A program made the position numbers and the translations under genes. From a virus, in the IMG/VR virus record IMGVR_UViG_3300022725_000034, positions 2,659 through 66,658 of that record: a stretch of 64,000 bases of DNA, one strand, 5' to 3'. The notes under the pieces were generated by a model. That model had not been told where the DNA came from, did not search any database, and saw nothing but the letters and a program-made list of their open reading frames with translations. Of this stretch, positions 37,254 to 46,500 are shown piece after piece; positions within the stretch are counted from its first letter, which is position 1, and every line of letters begins with the position of its first letter.

Positions 37254-37532
37254 ATGAGCATCAAGCGTGTTTCCAAAGACACTGTGAAGGGTAAAGCCAT
37301 TCACGCACTGGCCTCTCCGAAGGTCGCTGTGGTTGACGGCGGTGCCGCTGAGACTGACCTTACTGCTACTGGCCTGAGTGCTGGGGATCATGTAGTAAGT
37401 GCCCTCATGTACGCTGGTGGAGTTCCCAGTGACGTGACCGGTGAAGTGACTGTCACTGCAGACGATACCGTTCAACTGTCTACCACTGACAGCACCGGTA
37501 ACAAGATTGTGATCAACGCCGTCCCGGCCTGA
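37254..37532 (+). CDS. Small beta-rich protein, possible capsid decoration protein
   Basis: 92 aa rich in Thr/Val/Gly/Asp; own terminator at 37541-37569. Confidence 0.45.
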   Translation: MSIKRVSKDTVKGKAIHALASPKVAVVDGGAAETDLTATGLSAGDHVVSALMYAGGVPSDVTGEVTVTADDTVQLSTTDSTGNKIVINAVPA

Positions 37533-37540
37533 TCCATCTG

Positions 37541-37569
37541 AAAAGCCCTCCAAGTGAGGGTTTTCTTTT
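37541..37569 (+). terminator. Rho-independent terminator
   Basis: AAAAGCCCTC-caagt-GAGGGTTTT followed by a T-rich run. Confidence 0.75.
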
Positions 37570-37577
37570 GCCCGCTA

Positions 37578-37605
37578 TTGACAAAACCCTAAATTAACGT
37601 AGAAT
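37578..37605 (+). promoter_or_regulatory. Phage sigma70-like promoter
   Basis: TTGACA-16 bp-TAGAAT. Confidence 0.8.
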
Positions 37606-37635
37606 ACCTGAAAGTACGCGATTAAGGAGATCGAA

Positions 37636-37944
37636 GTGGAAGTTCAGCAAAACCTCAAAGACGTTATCCGCAAGGCCAATCAGGCAGCTTCCGACAAGGG
37701 GACGGCAGTCGGGGTGGCATGGGTTACCAGCCCCGGGGAGTGGGTGATCTATGACCTGCAGGACGGGTTGCCGGAAGGCCATGAGCCAGAGCTTGTCTGT
37801 TTCTCCCAAGGGGTCATGCCGTTGGCCGTCACCAAGACCGCACTGGAGTCCCTGCACTGTGCGATTCAGGAAGTGGTGAACGATTGGGACAGAAAATCGG
37901 ATCTTACCAAGGAGCAGACATGCCTGTTGAAGAAAAGCATCTGA
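37636..37944 (+). CDS. Hypothetical protein
   Basis: 102 aa, RBS AAGGAG, GTG start. Confidence 0.6.
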   Translation: MEVQQNLKDVIRKANQAASDKGTAVGVAWVTSPGEWVIYDLQDGLPEGHEPELVCFSQGVMPLAVTKTALESLHCAIQEVVNDWDRKSDLTKEQTCLLKKSI

Positions 37945-38186
37945 CGAAAGACCTTGGGCCTTATGGGTGCCGGAACCGGCCACACCCGAACGATGCCGAG
38001 CCGAGGTTGGTTCAGGATGGTTGGTTTGATGTATTCGACCACGATGATCAAGTTTGGACCCGGGCACCGAACATGGTGCTCAGGAAGACAGAGTGGAAGC
38101 CTATAGTCTGCGGCCATACCGGGAGGTTTGAGGATCCCCGATGTGCCGGCTGCAAGTGGCGACTGTTCAAAAACGATGGCGAGTAA
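37920..38186 (+). CDS. Hypothetical protein with Cys/His zinc-site pattern
   Basis: GCRNR...CGH...CAGC; RBS AAGGAG. Confidence 0.6.
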   Translation: MPVEEKHLTKDLGPYGCRNRPHPNDAEPRLVQDGWFDVFDHDDQVWTRAPNMVLRKTEWKPIVCGHTGRFEDPRCAGCKWRLFKNDGE

Positions 38187-38196
38187 GGAGATCCCT

Positions 38197-38514
38197 ATGA
38201 AGACGACAAAGATGGCCGGTGTATTGATGTGCGAGGCTGACGATCACCAGCGCACTGTTGAAGCCATGACAAACCTTCTCCGGGTTGGGCAGACCGTTCG
38301 AGGGTTCCCTTATGATGACGAGTTGGTGGGTCCGGAGGGGATACTGGCAACGGCCTTCCTTCCATCTTCAGAGATTCGGGAGGTGGTGTTCAGTGAGCTT
38401 GCCTGCATGAGGGACGTGTCTTCTACAAAGGTGGTCGTAGTCCCCCTCTCATGGATCTCTGAGGCCTACAAGGCTGCGTTCGGGCAGGAATCCGGTGCCC
38501 GAGATACAGACTGA
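38197..38514 (+). CDS. Hypothetical protein
   Basis: RBS AAGGAG before ATG 38197. Confidence 0.6.
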   Translation: MKTTKMAGVLMCEADDHQRTVEAMTNLLRVGQTVRGFPYDDELVGPEGILATAFLPSSEIREVVFSELACMRDVSSTKVVVVPLSWISEAYKAAFGQESGARDTD

Positions 38515-38553
38515 CTTTGACGTTATTCTTTGAAATTAATTGCAGTCGGGTAT

Positions 38554-38581
38554 TTGACGAAACCTCTAATTATGGTATTAT
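38554..38581 (+). promoter_or_regulatory. Phage promoter with upstream palindrome (38531-38544)
   Basis: TTGACG-16 bp-TATTAT. Confidence 0.7.
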
Positions 38582-38624
38582 TAGGGTACAGGGTAACGAA
38601 ACGAGCCGATTAAGGAGATCGACT

Positions 38625-38840
38625 ATGAGCCTCAAGCAAGCACCAATCTCAACCTACTATGTAGACCACGCCCTCTACGCCCGTAAGCTGGCCTATGCTG
38701 GGGAGTTCGATGCAGCCTTCGACAGCCTGAGTCAAGCAGTTGACTTGACAGACGAGGGTGACGATGAGGCCATGGCCTTCATTGATCGGGAATATGCAGC
38801 AGTGAAATCCATTGAGTGGTTTGCGAGGAACGCAGCATGA
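38625..38840 (+). CDS. Small acidic helical (TPR-like) protein
   Basis: 71 aa, RBS AAGGAG. Confidence 0.6.
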   Translation: MSLKQAPISTYYVDHALYARKLAYAGEFDAAFDSLSQAVDLTDEGDDEAMAFIDREYAAVKSIEWFARNAA

Positions 38841-39184
38841 GTCAGGAAGTCGAGTGGCGCTACCAGAGTGGAGCGGAAATTGGGACGATGGTTGGACAGC
38901 AGGCCTACGACGAGGAGGGAGACTGCCTCGGGATGTTCTTGTTTGACCTGTCCGACCCGGGCACACCGGAGGCCGAGAAGGTCATGAGGGATCTGGTTGA
39001 AGGCCCGCCGATTGGCCTCTACCCTCAGTATGCCGGTCAGCGCCGAGAGCATCAGGTTCGAGTCTTCTCTGTCCGAGTCGTCTGCACCCCGAAGCACAGT
39101 CGGGTCCGGCAGGCACTGATTCGCTCTATCGACGGTACCCCGGCTTGGGTAAATGCACCGGATCTGAAATTGGGGAGCATGTGA
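38837..39184 (+). CDS. Hypothetical protein
   Basis: ATGA-coupled, 115 aa. Confidence 0.55.
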   Translation: MSQEVEWRYQSGAEIGTMVGQQAYDEEGDCLGMFLFDLSDPGTPEAEKVMRDLVEGPPIGLYPQYAGQRREHQVRVFSVRVVCTPKHSRVRQALIRSIDGTPAWVNAPDLKLGSM

Positions 39185-39465
39185 TGCAGAAAGTATCGAA
39201 GATTCAATTCATGGATGGGATGGCGAAGCTGGAGAGGATGGTCGAATCTGCTACTGATAGGCACACCCCGGTTGTCCGGGGATACCTTGAGAGGCTGGTT
39301 GCCGTGGCACCTCCCGGATCCGCAGAGTTGTTCCTGAAATTCGACAAACCCTTGCGAAGGCTCAACCTGTACCCCATAGTCGAGAATACATTGGACGGTG
39401 GCCATAGCATTGCCATCTTCACCCCACCACAACCATCAGTAAGGAGAGGCCGCAGTAATGGGTAA
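39184..39465 (+). CDS. Hypothetical protein
   Basis: 93 aa, coupled. Confidence 0.55.
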   Translation: MQKVSKIQFMDGMAKLERMVESATDRHTPVVRGYLERLVAVAPPGSAELFLKFDKPLRRLNLYPIVENTLDGGHSIAIFTPPQPSVRRGRSNG

Positions 39466-39646
39466 GACCTACGCCATTGTTCGCTACGATCAGAACCGCA
39501 TGGATGAGTACTATGATCCTCAGGCGGGGGAGTTCGTGGAGACCTTACCGAATACCGGGTATGAGTCCCGGGAACAGGCAGAGGACGTAATGTTCAGTCT
39601 TGAGAAAGACAGTGCTTACGACTACTCTGTGGAAAGGGTCGGCTGA
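39458..39646 (+). CDS. Hypothetical protein
   Basis: 62 aa, RBS GAGG. Confidence 0.6.
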   Translation: MGKTYAIVRYDQNRMDEYYDPQAGEFVETLPNTGYESREQAEDVMFSLEKDSAYDYSVERVG

Positions 39647-39668
39647 CGACCCGGCATCGTTGGAACTT

Positions 39669-39694
39669 GCCTCGGGACTTCCCGGGGCTTTTTT
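39669..39694 (+). terminator. Rho-independent terminator
   Basis: GCCTCGGGA-ctt-CCCGGGGC followed by a T run. Confidence 0.7.
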
Positions 39695-39738
39695 AGCACC
39701 TACCGCTACGAAACCAATTTATACTGTAAGGAAGAAGG

Positions 39739-40353
39739 ATGGGACGTGTTCTCTGTAAGCTGTGTGAGAGCGGCGACTATGATCTTCAGTCGGTCAAGGT
39801 GGCCGGCGATGTAACCCACACCCTCAGGCATGAGTGCTTCCCAGATTCGGAAGACTTGTCAAACGTGCTTCTGCTTCGAGGCCCCTCACCGTCTCACTGC
39901 AAGGCGCAATGGCGGGAGTTGATGATCAAACGGGTGAAGACCCAGAACCCGAGGCCAGTGTCAGACTCTGAGACGCACGATCTGCTGATGAAATGGACTG
40001 ATGCGCAGGGTAAGGATTGGATTGAGCATATTCGGGACAGGGCTGCAGCCGGCTATACGTGGAAGGACGTGGCTGACGACTTTGGCATGAAGCGGGAGAG
40101 GGTGAGGAACTTCTGTTGCCGGCGGGGTTACTACTTCAAATGGTCCGGAAAGAACTCACCACGCAACGAGGTTAAGCGGGGGCATTACAAGCAGTACACG
40201 GCCTTCGGGGTCACTGAGACCCTGCCGAAACTGGTTGAGCAATTCGGGGAGCCCAACGGACTGACCTACAGCATGGTCCATCGGCGCATGTTCAAGAGGA
40301 AGGTTCCCATGGATATTGAGGACGCCCTGACCAAACCCTCTCAGAAAAGGTAA
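39739..40353 (+). CDS. Putative DNA-binding protein (HTH plus HNH-associated-type C-terminal domain)
   Basis: WKDVADDFGMKRERVRNF; YTAFGVTETL...YSMVHRRM...EDALTKP. Confidence 0.5.
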   Translation: MGRVLCKLCESGDYDLQSVKVAGDVTHTLRHECFPDSEDLSNVLLLRGPSPSHCKAQWRELMIKRVKTQNPRPVSDSETHDLLMKWTDAQGKDWIEHIRDRAAAGYTWKDVADDFGMKRERVRNFCCRRGYYFKWSGKNSPRNEVKRGHYKQYTAFGVTETLPKLVEQFGEPNGLTYSMVHRRMFKRKVPMDIEDALTKPSQKR

Positions 40354-40362
40354 GGAGATTTC

Positions 40363-40554
40363 ATGGTATACAAGATCTTGTGGAAAGAACGCTACAAGCC
40401 CGCCTCCTACTTCGCTACCCGGGATGGAAAGGTGACTCAGGTGAGCACCAAGGCGATTGAGCATTTCAAGCTGAGAGACATTTATGGCATCACAGAATTG
40501 CTGGATGAGCTTGGAGCCACCATGTCATGCATCAGCGACAGAACAACCATTTGA
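40363..40554 (+). CDS. Hypothetical protein
   Basis: 63 aa, RBS AAGGAG. Confidence 0.6.
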   Translation: MVYKILWKERYKPASYFATRDGKVTQVSTKAIEHFKLRDIYGITELLDELGATMSCISDRTTI

Positions 40555-40578
40555 CAAAACTTATAAATCAGGTATGAT
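40551..40578 (+). promoter_or_regulatory. Phage sigma70-like promoter
   Basis: TTGACA-16 bp-TATGAT. Confidence 0.75.
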
Positions 40579-40628
40579 GTGAGGTGAGGCTAACGCCTCA
40601 CTTCGCTAACCGATAAAAGGAAATCGGC

Positions 40629-40928
40629 ATGAAATATAAGTCCCAAGACGTGGATCTGCTCATGATCAATGTGGCAGCCAACCTGATTAACCAGAACCTG
40701 AATCATATCTCACGCCAAACCGGTCCCTGTGCCTCGACGTTGAAGCGGTATCGAGATCTGGATGTGAAGCGTCCAAGCGCCCACGTTCTTTTCGTACTCG
40801 CCGGGTACTTCGGGATCAAGGTTCAATTCACCGGCCTGATCAAAGGTCTTCAGGAGCGGGAGACCCGTCTTCGGGTTGTCCAAGCTATCGGTAGACCTTA
40901 TCGGGGGAAGAAGAAGGCCTCTGCCTGA
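40629..40928 (+). CDS. XRE-like HTH protein
   Basis: LNHISRQTGPCASTLKRY...PSAHVLFVLAGYFG. Confidence 0.6.
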   Translation: MKYKSQDVDLLMINVAANLINQNLNHISRQTGPCASTLKRYRDLDVKRPSAHVLFVLAGYFGIKVQFTGLIKGLQERETRLRVVQAIGRPYRGKKKASA

Positions 40929-41485
40929 TGCACCGACTCGTCTTCACTGACGGGGCCTGCAGCCCTAATCCCGGAATAGGGGGTTGGGGCGCAGTTGTCC
41001 TCCACGCAGAAAGTGAGCAGCCCCTGTACTACCTGTCCGGGGGCGTTGATCAAACCACCAATAACGAAATGGAGTTGATGGCCATTGTTGCGGCGATAGC
41101 CAGTACCCCTCCCGGATACACGGTGGAGGTGGTGACGGATTCCAAGTATGCCGTGACCAATTTCCAGAAGTGGCTCCTTACGTGGGCCAAGTACGGCTGG
41201 AAAACGAAGTCCGGATCCAAGGTGAAGAATATCGACCTGTGGAAGTATCTGTTCAAGCTGTCCTGCCACCGGAAGATCACGCTGCATTGGGTGAAGGGGC
41301 ACGATGGCAACATGTTCAATGAAATGGCTGACCAGTTGGCCGTTCGAGCCCGAATGCTGGTAGCCGAGGGAGGCCAGCACTACCCGGAAGATACGGCATT
41401 CGACCTGTTCGACTCCCTCAACCTGTATGAGAGCGTGAATAGCGTTGTGATCGGGAAAGGCCCTGAAGTAGGAGGTCAGAAGTGA
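40928..41485 (+). CDS. rnhA: Ribonuclease HI
   Basis: FTDGACSPNPG, TNNEMEL, TDSKY, WVKGH, NEMADQLA. Confidence 0.92.
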   Translation: MHRLVFTDGACSPNPGIGGWGAVVLHAESEQPLYYLSGGVDQTTNNEMELMAIVAAIASTPPGYTVEVVTDSKYAVTNFQKWLLTWAKYGWKTKSGSKVKNIDLWKYLFKLSCHRKITLHWVKGHDGNMFNEMADQLAVRARMLVAEGGQHYPEDTAFDLFDSLNLYESVNSVVIGKGPEVGGQK

Positions 41486-41907
41486 AGAAGGCAGCAAAGC
41501 AGAAAAAACCCAAAGCCCAAAAGAAGCGCAACAAAAAGTATCAGGGCATCATCCCCAAGCGCCACCAGTTCATCGGATTCACCATCGAGCACTGGAAGGG
41601 TTGGGGAAAAGATCAAGACCACGATGGCATGGCCGAGCTTAGAAACCAGAGAGGGTTGCTGAAAGGGCCCGACTACTGGGACGCCATGTGCAAGTTCGAG
41701 TATCGGTGGAGGGTGCTTGCCCGGGTTAAGATGCAGACCAGTCCGGACGCCGATATCATGTTCAAGGACTACGAGATCACCACCAAGGAAGTCTGCAAGC
41801 TGAACGACCTTGAGGAGATCTACAAGGAGCTTGAGGCGGAACTGATCAGCAAGACTCAGGAGCGGCATATTCTGGACACTGGTTGGTGGGCCTGTGCCAT
41901 CGAGTGA
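41482..41907 (+). CDS. Hypothetical protein
   Basis: 141 aa, basic N-terminus, coupled. Confidence 0.65.
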   Translation: MKKAAKQKKPKAQKKRNKKYQGIIPKRHQFIGFTIEHWKGWGKDQDHDGMAELRNQRGLLKGPDYWDAMCKFEYRWRVLARVKMQTSPDADIMFKDYEITTKEVCKLNDLEEIYKELEAELISKTQERHILDTGWWACAIE

Positions 41908-41931
41908 TTTGAAATTAATTGCAAACCTGCT

Positions 41932-41959
41932 TTGACCAAACCCTTAATTTAGGTAGAAT
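41932..41959 (+). promoter_or_regulatory. Phage promoter with upstream palindrome (41910-41923)
   Basis: TTGACC-16 bp-TAGAAT. Confidence 0.75.
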
Positions 41960-42269
41960 ACAGATTCAGGCAAACGAATTAAGGAGATTCTGATGGCCAC
42001 GGTAACCAAGTCCAAAAAAGCATGTATCCTCAGCCACGCCCTATGGAAGCTGGGCATCGTCACGTTCTACCGGAACTGCTTGCAGCAAGCATGGGTGATC
42101 GTGAAGAAATGGGAGAGCCATGATATGGCGTACCTGCTGGCCTACTGCCGGATGGTTCAAGCCGGTGAGGAGGCGAAAGCCATGCTGCTTTATGAGAGCG
42201 TGAAAAACCCCGTCCTTCAGGTCGGGGATGGATAGCGCTGATTTTCGAAGGCTCAATGCCTGAGAAAAT

Positions 42270-42671
42270 CTATTCTGGTCTTTGCTGGTTCTGAATGTAG
42301 TCCTTCAGAACTTCTATCGGCGCACCGCCAACACTTCCTGCAAAATAACTCGGACTCCAAAGCACGCCTTTGTAGAAGAAACGATGGAGACGTCCATATT
42401 TTTTGGCAAGCTGTCTTGAGCTGACACCTTTCAGGCTGTTCACCAGCTTTGAGACCTGCACCTTAGGCGGGTAATTCACCATCAGGTGAACGTGGTCATC
42501 CTCGCCATTGAACTCGGCCAGCTCACATTCGAAGTCCTCGCACACTGACCGAAACACCTGTTCCAGGAAGTCGAGATGCTCTGAGTCAAAGACATTTCTT
42601 CGGTATTTCGTCACAAATATCAGGTGTGCGTGCATTGCATAGACGACATGCCTGCCTTTTCGTATATCCAT
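42270..42671 (-). CDS. tnpA: IS200-type Y1 HUH transposase
   Basis: HLIFVTKYRR, DHVHL (HUH), SLKGVSS, WSPSYF. Confidence 0.95.
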   Translation of the reverse strand: MDIRKGRHVVYAMHAHLIFVTKYRRNVFDSEHLDFLEQVFRSVCEDFECELAEFNGEDDHVHLMVNYPPKVQVSKLVNSLKGVSSRQLAKKYGRLHRFFYKGVLWSPSYFAGSVGGAPIEVLKDYIQNQQRPE

Positions 42672-42741
42672 AATTTGACCAAGTTTGCAAAAGTGATATA
42701 ACATGCTATAATAGAAGAAATAATACCACTAAAGACCAATT

Positions 42742-43809
42742 ATGGCAAAAACGAAAACATTGAAAGTTCGAGTCAAGGATAAACACGCGAAGGTGCTTGC
42801 AAGACAAGCGGCCTCGGTGAACCTTGTCTGGAACTACATCAATGAGCTGAGTTCGCGGGCGATCCGTGAGCGTGGCCAATTTTTGTCAGCGTTCGATATC
42901 CATAAATACACCACGGGAGCTTCCAAAGAGCTTGGGCTTCACAGCCAGACTCCTCAGGTGGTGGCCAAGGAATACATCACCCGCCGAAAACAATTCAAGA
43001 AGCAAAGACTGGCCTGGAGAAAAACCTTTGGTGTGCGCCGATCCCTTGGTTGGATCCCAGTGAATACTGGCATGGCGAAGTGGAAAAATGGCCAGGTCTA
43101 TTTCAACGGCCAATACTACGGCGTCTGGGATAGCTACGGCCTGTCTCAATACAAATTCCGATCCGCGAGTTTTAATGAGGATTCACGCGGTCGCTGGTAT
43201 TTCAACGTGGCCGTTGATGTGCCGGAGCAAGAAACGACGAAAGGAAAGTCAGCGGTTGGAATAGATCTTGGCTGTAAAGATGCAGCCACCTGCTCCAACG
43301 GCGATAAGCTTTCAGGTCGCTGGTATCGAGGGATGGAAGAAAAGCTCGGAAAAGCCCAGCGAGCCAAAAATAAAAAAGAAGTGAAGACTATTCACGCAAA
43401 GATCGCGAATCGTCGAAAGGACGAAATGCACAAGTTCAGCCGGAAACTGGTGAATGAGAATGCAGCGATCTTTGTTGGAAATGTAAACTCCCTGGCCATG
43501 ACAAAAACGAAGCTTGCCAAGTCCACCTTGGACGCAGGCTGGGGAATACTGAAAACCATGCTGGAATACAAGTGCGATCACGCAGGCGTGGTTTTCGAAG
43601 AAGTGAATGAAGCATACACCTCCCAAACCTGTTCGAGTTGCGGTGCAAAACCCGATTCGAGGCCGAAAGGTATCGCAGGCTTAGGAATAAGAGAGTGGGC
43701 CTGTGACAGCTGTGGTGAGCGTCACGACCGCGATATTAACGCGGCCAGGAACATTCTCGCGGTCGGACATGGCCGTCTTGCAGAAGGAATCCCCGTCCTT
43801 TCCGCCTAA
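42742..43809 (+). CDS. tnpB: TnpB RNA-guided endonuclease (rearranged RuvC-II type)
   Basis: GIDLG, IFVGN (Gly at the usual Glu), VNEAYTS, CSSC...CDSC, DRDINAARN. Confidence 0.93.
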   Translation: MAKTKTLKVRVKDKHAKVLARQAASVNLVWNYINELSSRAIRERGQFLSAFDIHKYTTGASKELGLHSQTPQVVAKEYITRRKQFKKQRLAWRKTFGVRRSLGWIPVNTGMAKWKNGQVYFNGQYYGVWDSYGLSQYKFRSASFNEDSRGRWYFNVAVDVPEQETTKGKSAVGIDLGCKDAATCSNGDKLSGRWYRGMEEKLGKAQRAKNKKEVKTIHAKIANRRKDEMHKFSRKLVNENAAIFVGNVNSLAMTKTKLAKSTLDAGWGILKTMLEYKCDHAGVVFEEVNEAYTSQTCSSCGAKPDSRPKGIAGLGIREWACDSCGERHDRDINAARNILAVGHGRLAEGIPVLSA

Positions 43810-43977
43810 CGGCGGCAAACCGTAGGTTTGAGGGCGGGGTGGATGTCAACGGGACTCGGTTGCTCGGGGTGTCGGAGAGGATTTCAGGAAAGTTGTTCAC
43901 CTGTTGGGGATCTGATACTGGCCACACTGGAAGCTGACGTATAAGATTGGGTGACATTCCATCTGAAAGAGCTTTCC

Positions 43978-44292
43978 ATGTTGGACCAGATTGCAGGCAT
44001 TATTGCCCACTCCCTCGTTCTCCTCACCTTGGGGATTTTGTTGAACCTGCTGGCGGTGCTGATGGATGAAAGCGCCAAGGCGGGGAAACCGGTTCACCCT
44101 ATACAGCATTTCAAAGCCAAGCCTTATCGGACAGCACTGGCTGTGATTGCCTCCTTTGCCGGCTATGGGGCTCTGGCCTCTCAGGGGCCTGTGGAACCAC
44201 TGACCGCTTTGGTGCTTGGATACGCGGGGTCTGATGTGCTGAATCGCCTGATCTCGGCTACCACTGAAAAGATGGCCCGAGGAGCGGCGTAA
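43978..44292 (+). CDS. Holin-like multi-TM protein
   Basis: Up to three hydrophobic segments; directly upstream of the spanin pair. Confidence 0.6.
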   Translation: MLDQIAGIIAHSLVLLTLGILLNLLAVLMDESAKAGKPVHPIQHFKAKPYRTALAVIASFAGYGALASQGPVEPLTALVLGYAGSDVLNRLISATTEKMARGAA

Positions 44293-44295
44293 CCA

Positions 44296-44739
44296 ATGGC
44301 TATCGGTGCGGTGGTAGGAGGATTCCTCCGGGCAAACCTCCTGAGGATTCTGGCAGGGGCCCTGATCGCCGGGGCTGGTTGGTACATCGTCAGCATGATT
44401 CAGGAGAATGGCCGCCTGGAGACTAAGCTGGAGCAGGAGGAGGACAAGGTTGAGGCGTGGGAGTCCCGCTTCGACCAACTCCAGAAGGATCGGAAGACGA
44501 TTGCCAAGTGGGACAACTGGCTTGCTGAGCAGCGGGCCCTTGTCCAATCTCAGAACCGGGAGTACAGCCGGCAACTAGAGGAGTTACGGGATGAGGTTAC
44601 TGGCCTCAAAGACTATCTTGATATGCAGCCTCCCGCTGATTTTAGGGAGTTCCTGTGCAACTCTGGACTTGTTCTCGGAGAAGCCTGCGAGGACGGTAGC
44701 GGAGAGGTATCTTATCGACTGCAAGAAGATTCAGGCTGA
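44296..44739 (+). CDS. Inner-membrane spanin (Rz-like)
   Basis: N-terminal TM followed by a long coiled coil. Confidence 0.75.
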   Translation: MAIGAVVGGFLRANLLRILAGALIAGAGWYIVSMIQENGRLETKLEQEEDKVEAWESRFDQLQKDRKTIAKWDNWLAEQRALVQSQNREYSRQLEELRDEVTGLKDYLDMQPPADFREFLCNSGLVLGEACEDGSGEVSYRLQEDSG

Positions 44740-44872
44740 CGGGTTCACCCCCGGCGATGCATGGGATGCCCTGAAACTGCAGCATTCCGAGATAGATCTT
44801 TGCAACAATCGACTGAAGTGCGCCCGGGCGGCCAACTCTGCGGAAGGTGATCTGCCCGAAGATTGCAATTAA
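44591..44872 (+). CDS. Outer-membrane spanin lipoprotein (Rz1-like)
   Basis: Overlaps the i-spanin 3' end; signal peptide with lipobox-like LGSSC; several Cys. Confidence 0.65.
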   Translation: MRLLASKTILICSLPLILGSSCATLDLFSEKPARTVAERYLIDCKKIQADGFTPGDAWDALKLQHSEIDLCNNRLKCARAANSAEGDLPEDCN

Positions 44873-44891
44873 TTTCAAAAAGGAGACAGGT

Positions 44892-45554
44892 GTGGCGGGA
44901 TTGATTATAGCGGTGGAGGGGTTACCCGGTACCGGCAAGACAAGCCTTTGCAAGGTGGTTGCTCAAGAGCTTGGAGTTCAGTACACCAAGGAGCCCTACA
45001 CCCGGGGAGACTGGGGTGGTCACCGAGACCTGCTGTATAACCCGAATCATTCCCAACGCACCCGAGCCTTTCTGATGATGGCCCAGCGTTCGAGCCATCT
45101 TGAAGAATTTGAGGCCATCCCTCGGGCCCACTTTGAGCCCGTCATCTTTGACCGCTACATCCTCACCACCGTAGGCCATCAGGCCGAGAGCCTTGGTGAT
45201 GCCCACATGCTTTACAAGTACCAGACCATGGTCGGATTCCGGAAGCCGGATCTGCAGGTGTACCTGACGGCGCCCCGGGATGTTCGCCTGTCCCGCATGG
45301 AGGATCGGGGCGAGAACGATGAACTGGATGAAATGAACACCGAGTCCTTGGAGGAGCACTTTCACCATGGACTGAAGCTGATGGTTGAGGACGGTGTGCC
45401 GGTGACCATCATTGACACCTCGAAGTCCTCTTTCGAGCAATGCCTGAATATGCTTCTCTCTGACATTAAGGAGATAGTCGATGGAAACCGAGACATTGAT
45501 ACTGTTAATCATAGTAACCGCTCTGACACTGGCCGTAGCCTCCCTTTGGCTTGA
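44892..45554 (+). CDS. tmk: Thymidylate kinase
   Basis: IAVEGLPGTGKT, KEP, IFDRY, PDLQVYL. Confidence 0.85.
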   Translation: MAGLIIAVEGLPGTGKTSLCKVVAQELGVQYTKEPYTRGDWGGHRDLLYNPNHSQRTRAFLMMAQRSSHLEEFEAIPRAHFEPVIFDRYILTTVGHQAESLGDAHMLYKYQTMVGFRKPDLQVYLTAPRDVRLSRMEDRGENDELDEMNTESLEEHFHHGLKLMVEDGVPVTIIDTSKSSFEQCLNMLLSDIKEIVDGNRDIDTVNHSNRSDTGRSLPLA

Positions 45555-45732
45555 AGTCCAAAAGCTCCGGGGCCGAGCCCTCAGATCGGAGATTCTGCTC
45601 AAGAACCTGTACCTTGAGGCAGAAGTTGAGACGACCCCTGATGAGGGGCAGGTACAGGAAACCTTCAATTATGGCAACCTGAAAGGAATGTTTGCCCATG
45701 GCACTGAACATCGAGAAGAATCCCAAGGCTGA
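45481..45732 (+). CDS. Small N-anchored membrane protein
   Basis: Hydrophobic N-terminus; RBS AAGGAG. Confidence 0.55.
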   Translation: METETLILLIIVTALTLAVASLWLEVQKLRGRALRSEILLKNLYLEAEVETTPDEGQVQETFNYGNLKGMFAHGTEHREESQG

Positions 45733-45994
45733 TAGTCCGAGCAAATCCGGAGAAGGCCTGCATATCCCCGCCCTGAAGAAGAATCCGGCATGGCCGAAGC
45801 TACGGGACCGCCTGAGGGAGTACCTTGAGTGCGTGTACCTGTACGACACCGTGAAGTCTTACATACTCGGGTTCGGCAAGGTTGGGTTGAGTAAGGACGA
45901 AGCCTTTGACTTGTCACTGTTAACGCAGGAACTGGTCAGAGTCCACCAATCGGGCAAGCCAGCCCAGAAACTGAGAGACACGCTGTATGACTGA
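45698..45994 (+). CDS. Hypothetical protein
   Basis: 98 aa, starts MALNI. Confidence 0.6.
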   Translation: MALNIEKNPKADSPSKSGEGLHIPALKKNPAWPKLRDRLREYLECVYLYDTVKSYILGFGKVGLSKDEAFDLSLLTQELVRVHQSGKPAQKLRDTLYD

Positions 45995-46427
45995 CATGAA
46001 GTTTGAACTGATAGCGGAAGGTTTCACCCCGGAATATGCCGATGATGGTGATGCCGGCATGGATTGTCGGGCGAGACTGGATGAGGAGTTGATCGTCTTC
46101 CCGGGGCAGGCGGAGTTGGTACCTCTCGGGTTCAAGATTGAGATCCCGAACAATCAGATTGGCGGGTTCCTGTTCCCGAAGTCTGGCCGGGGCCACAAAG
46201 AAGGGCTGATTTTGGGCAACTGCATTGGCGTCATTGATTCCGGATATCGAGGTGAGGTGATGGCCTCTATCTGGAACCGGAACAGCAACGAGGCCTTGAG
46301 GATCAAGCCGGGGCAGAAGGTCTGCCAGATTGTGTTCCTGCCGATTATCCGGGCGGACCTGTATCACGGCGCCGTTGGCCACACCACTCGGGGAGAAGGC
46401 GGTTTCGGTAGCACCGGCATTTCCTGA
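45987..46427 (+). CDS. dut: Trimeric dUTPase
   Basis: DAGMD, KSG, GVIDSGYRGE, KVCQ, RGEGGFGSTG. Confidence 0.95.
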   Translation: MTDMKFELIAEGFTPEYADDGDAGMDCRARLDEELIVFPGQAELVPLGFKIEIPNNQIGGFLFPKSGRGHKEGLILGNCIGVIDSGYRGEVMASIWNRNSNEALRIKPGQKVCQIVFLPIIRADLYHGAVGHTTRGEGGFGSTGIS

Positions 46428-46435
46428 AAAACTAT

Positions 46436-46463
46436 TTGACTAAACCTCTAACTTTGGTAGACT
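46436..46463 (+). promoter_or_regulatory. Phage sigma70-like promoter
   Basis: TTGACT-16 bp-TAGACT. Confidence 0.75.
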
Positions 46464-46500
46464 AAGAGGGTGGCAAAAATACCGACCTAAGGAGAGTCGA

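Larger units (their letters stand above)
42194..43849. mobile_element. IS200/IS605-family insertion sequence (1656 bp), divergent tnpA/tnpB
   Basis: Inserted 3' of TTTAT (42189-42193); left-end hairpin CCCCGTCCTTCAGGTCGGGG; right-end hairpin ending GGATGTCAA; no target duplication. Confidence 0.92.
41993..43915 (+). pseudogene. 88-codon phage gene interrupted by the IS element
   Basis: Joining 41993-42193 to 43850-43915 restores the frame ...AMLLY-RDSVARGVGEDFRKVVHLLGI-stop. Confidence 0.75.

Noticed and set aside
44892-46427. Tmk and Dut as signs of a hypermodified-thymine genome
   Set aside because: No dCMP deaminase, hydroxymethylase or hmU kinase is seen in the window; both enzymes are common in ordinary phages
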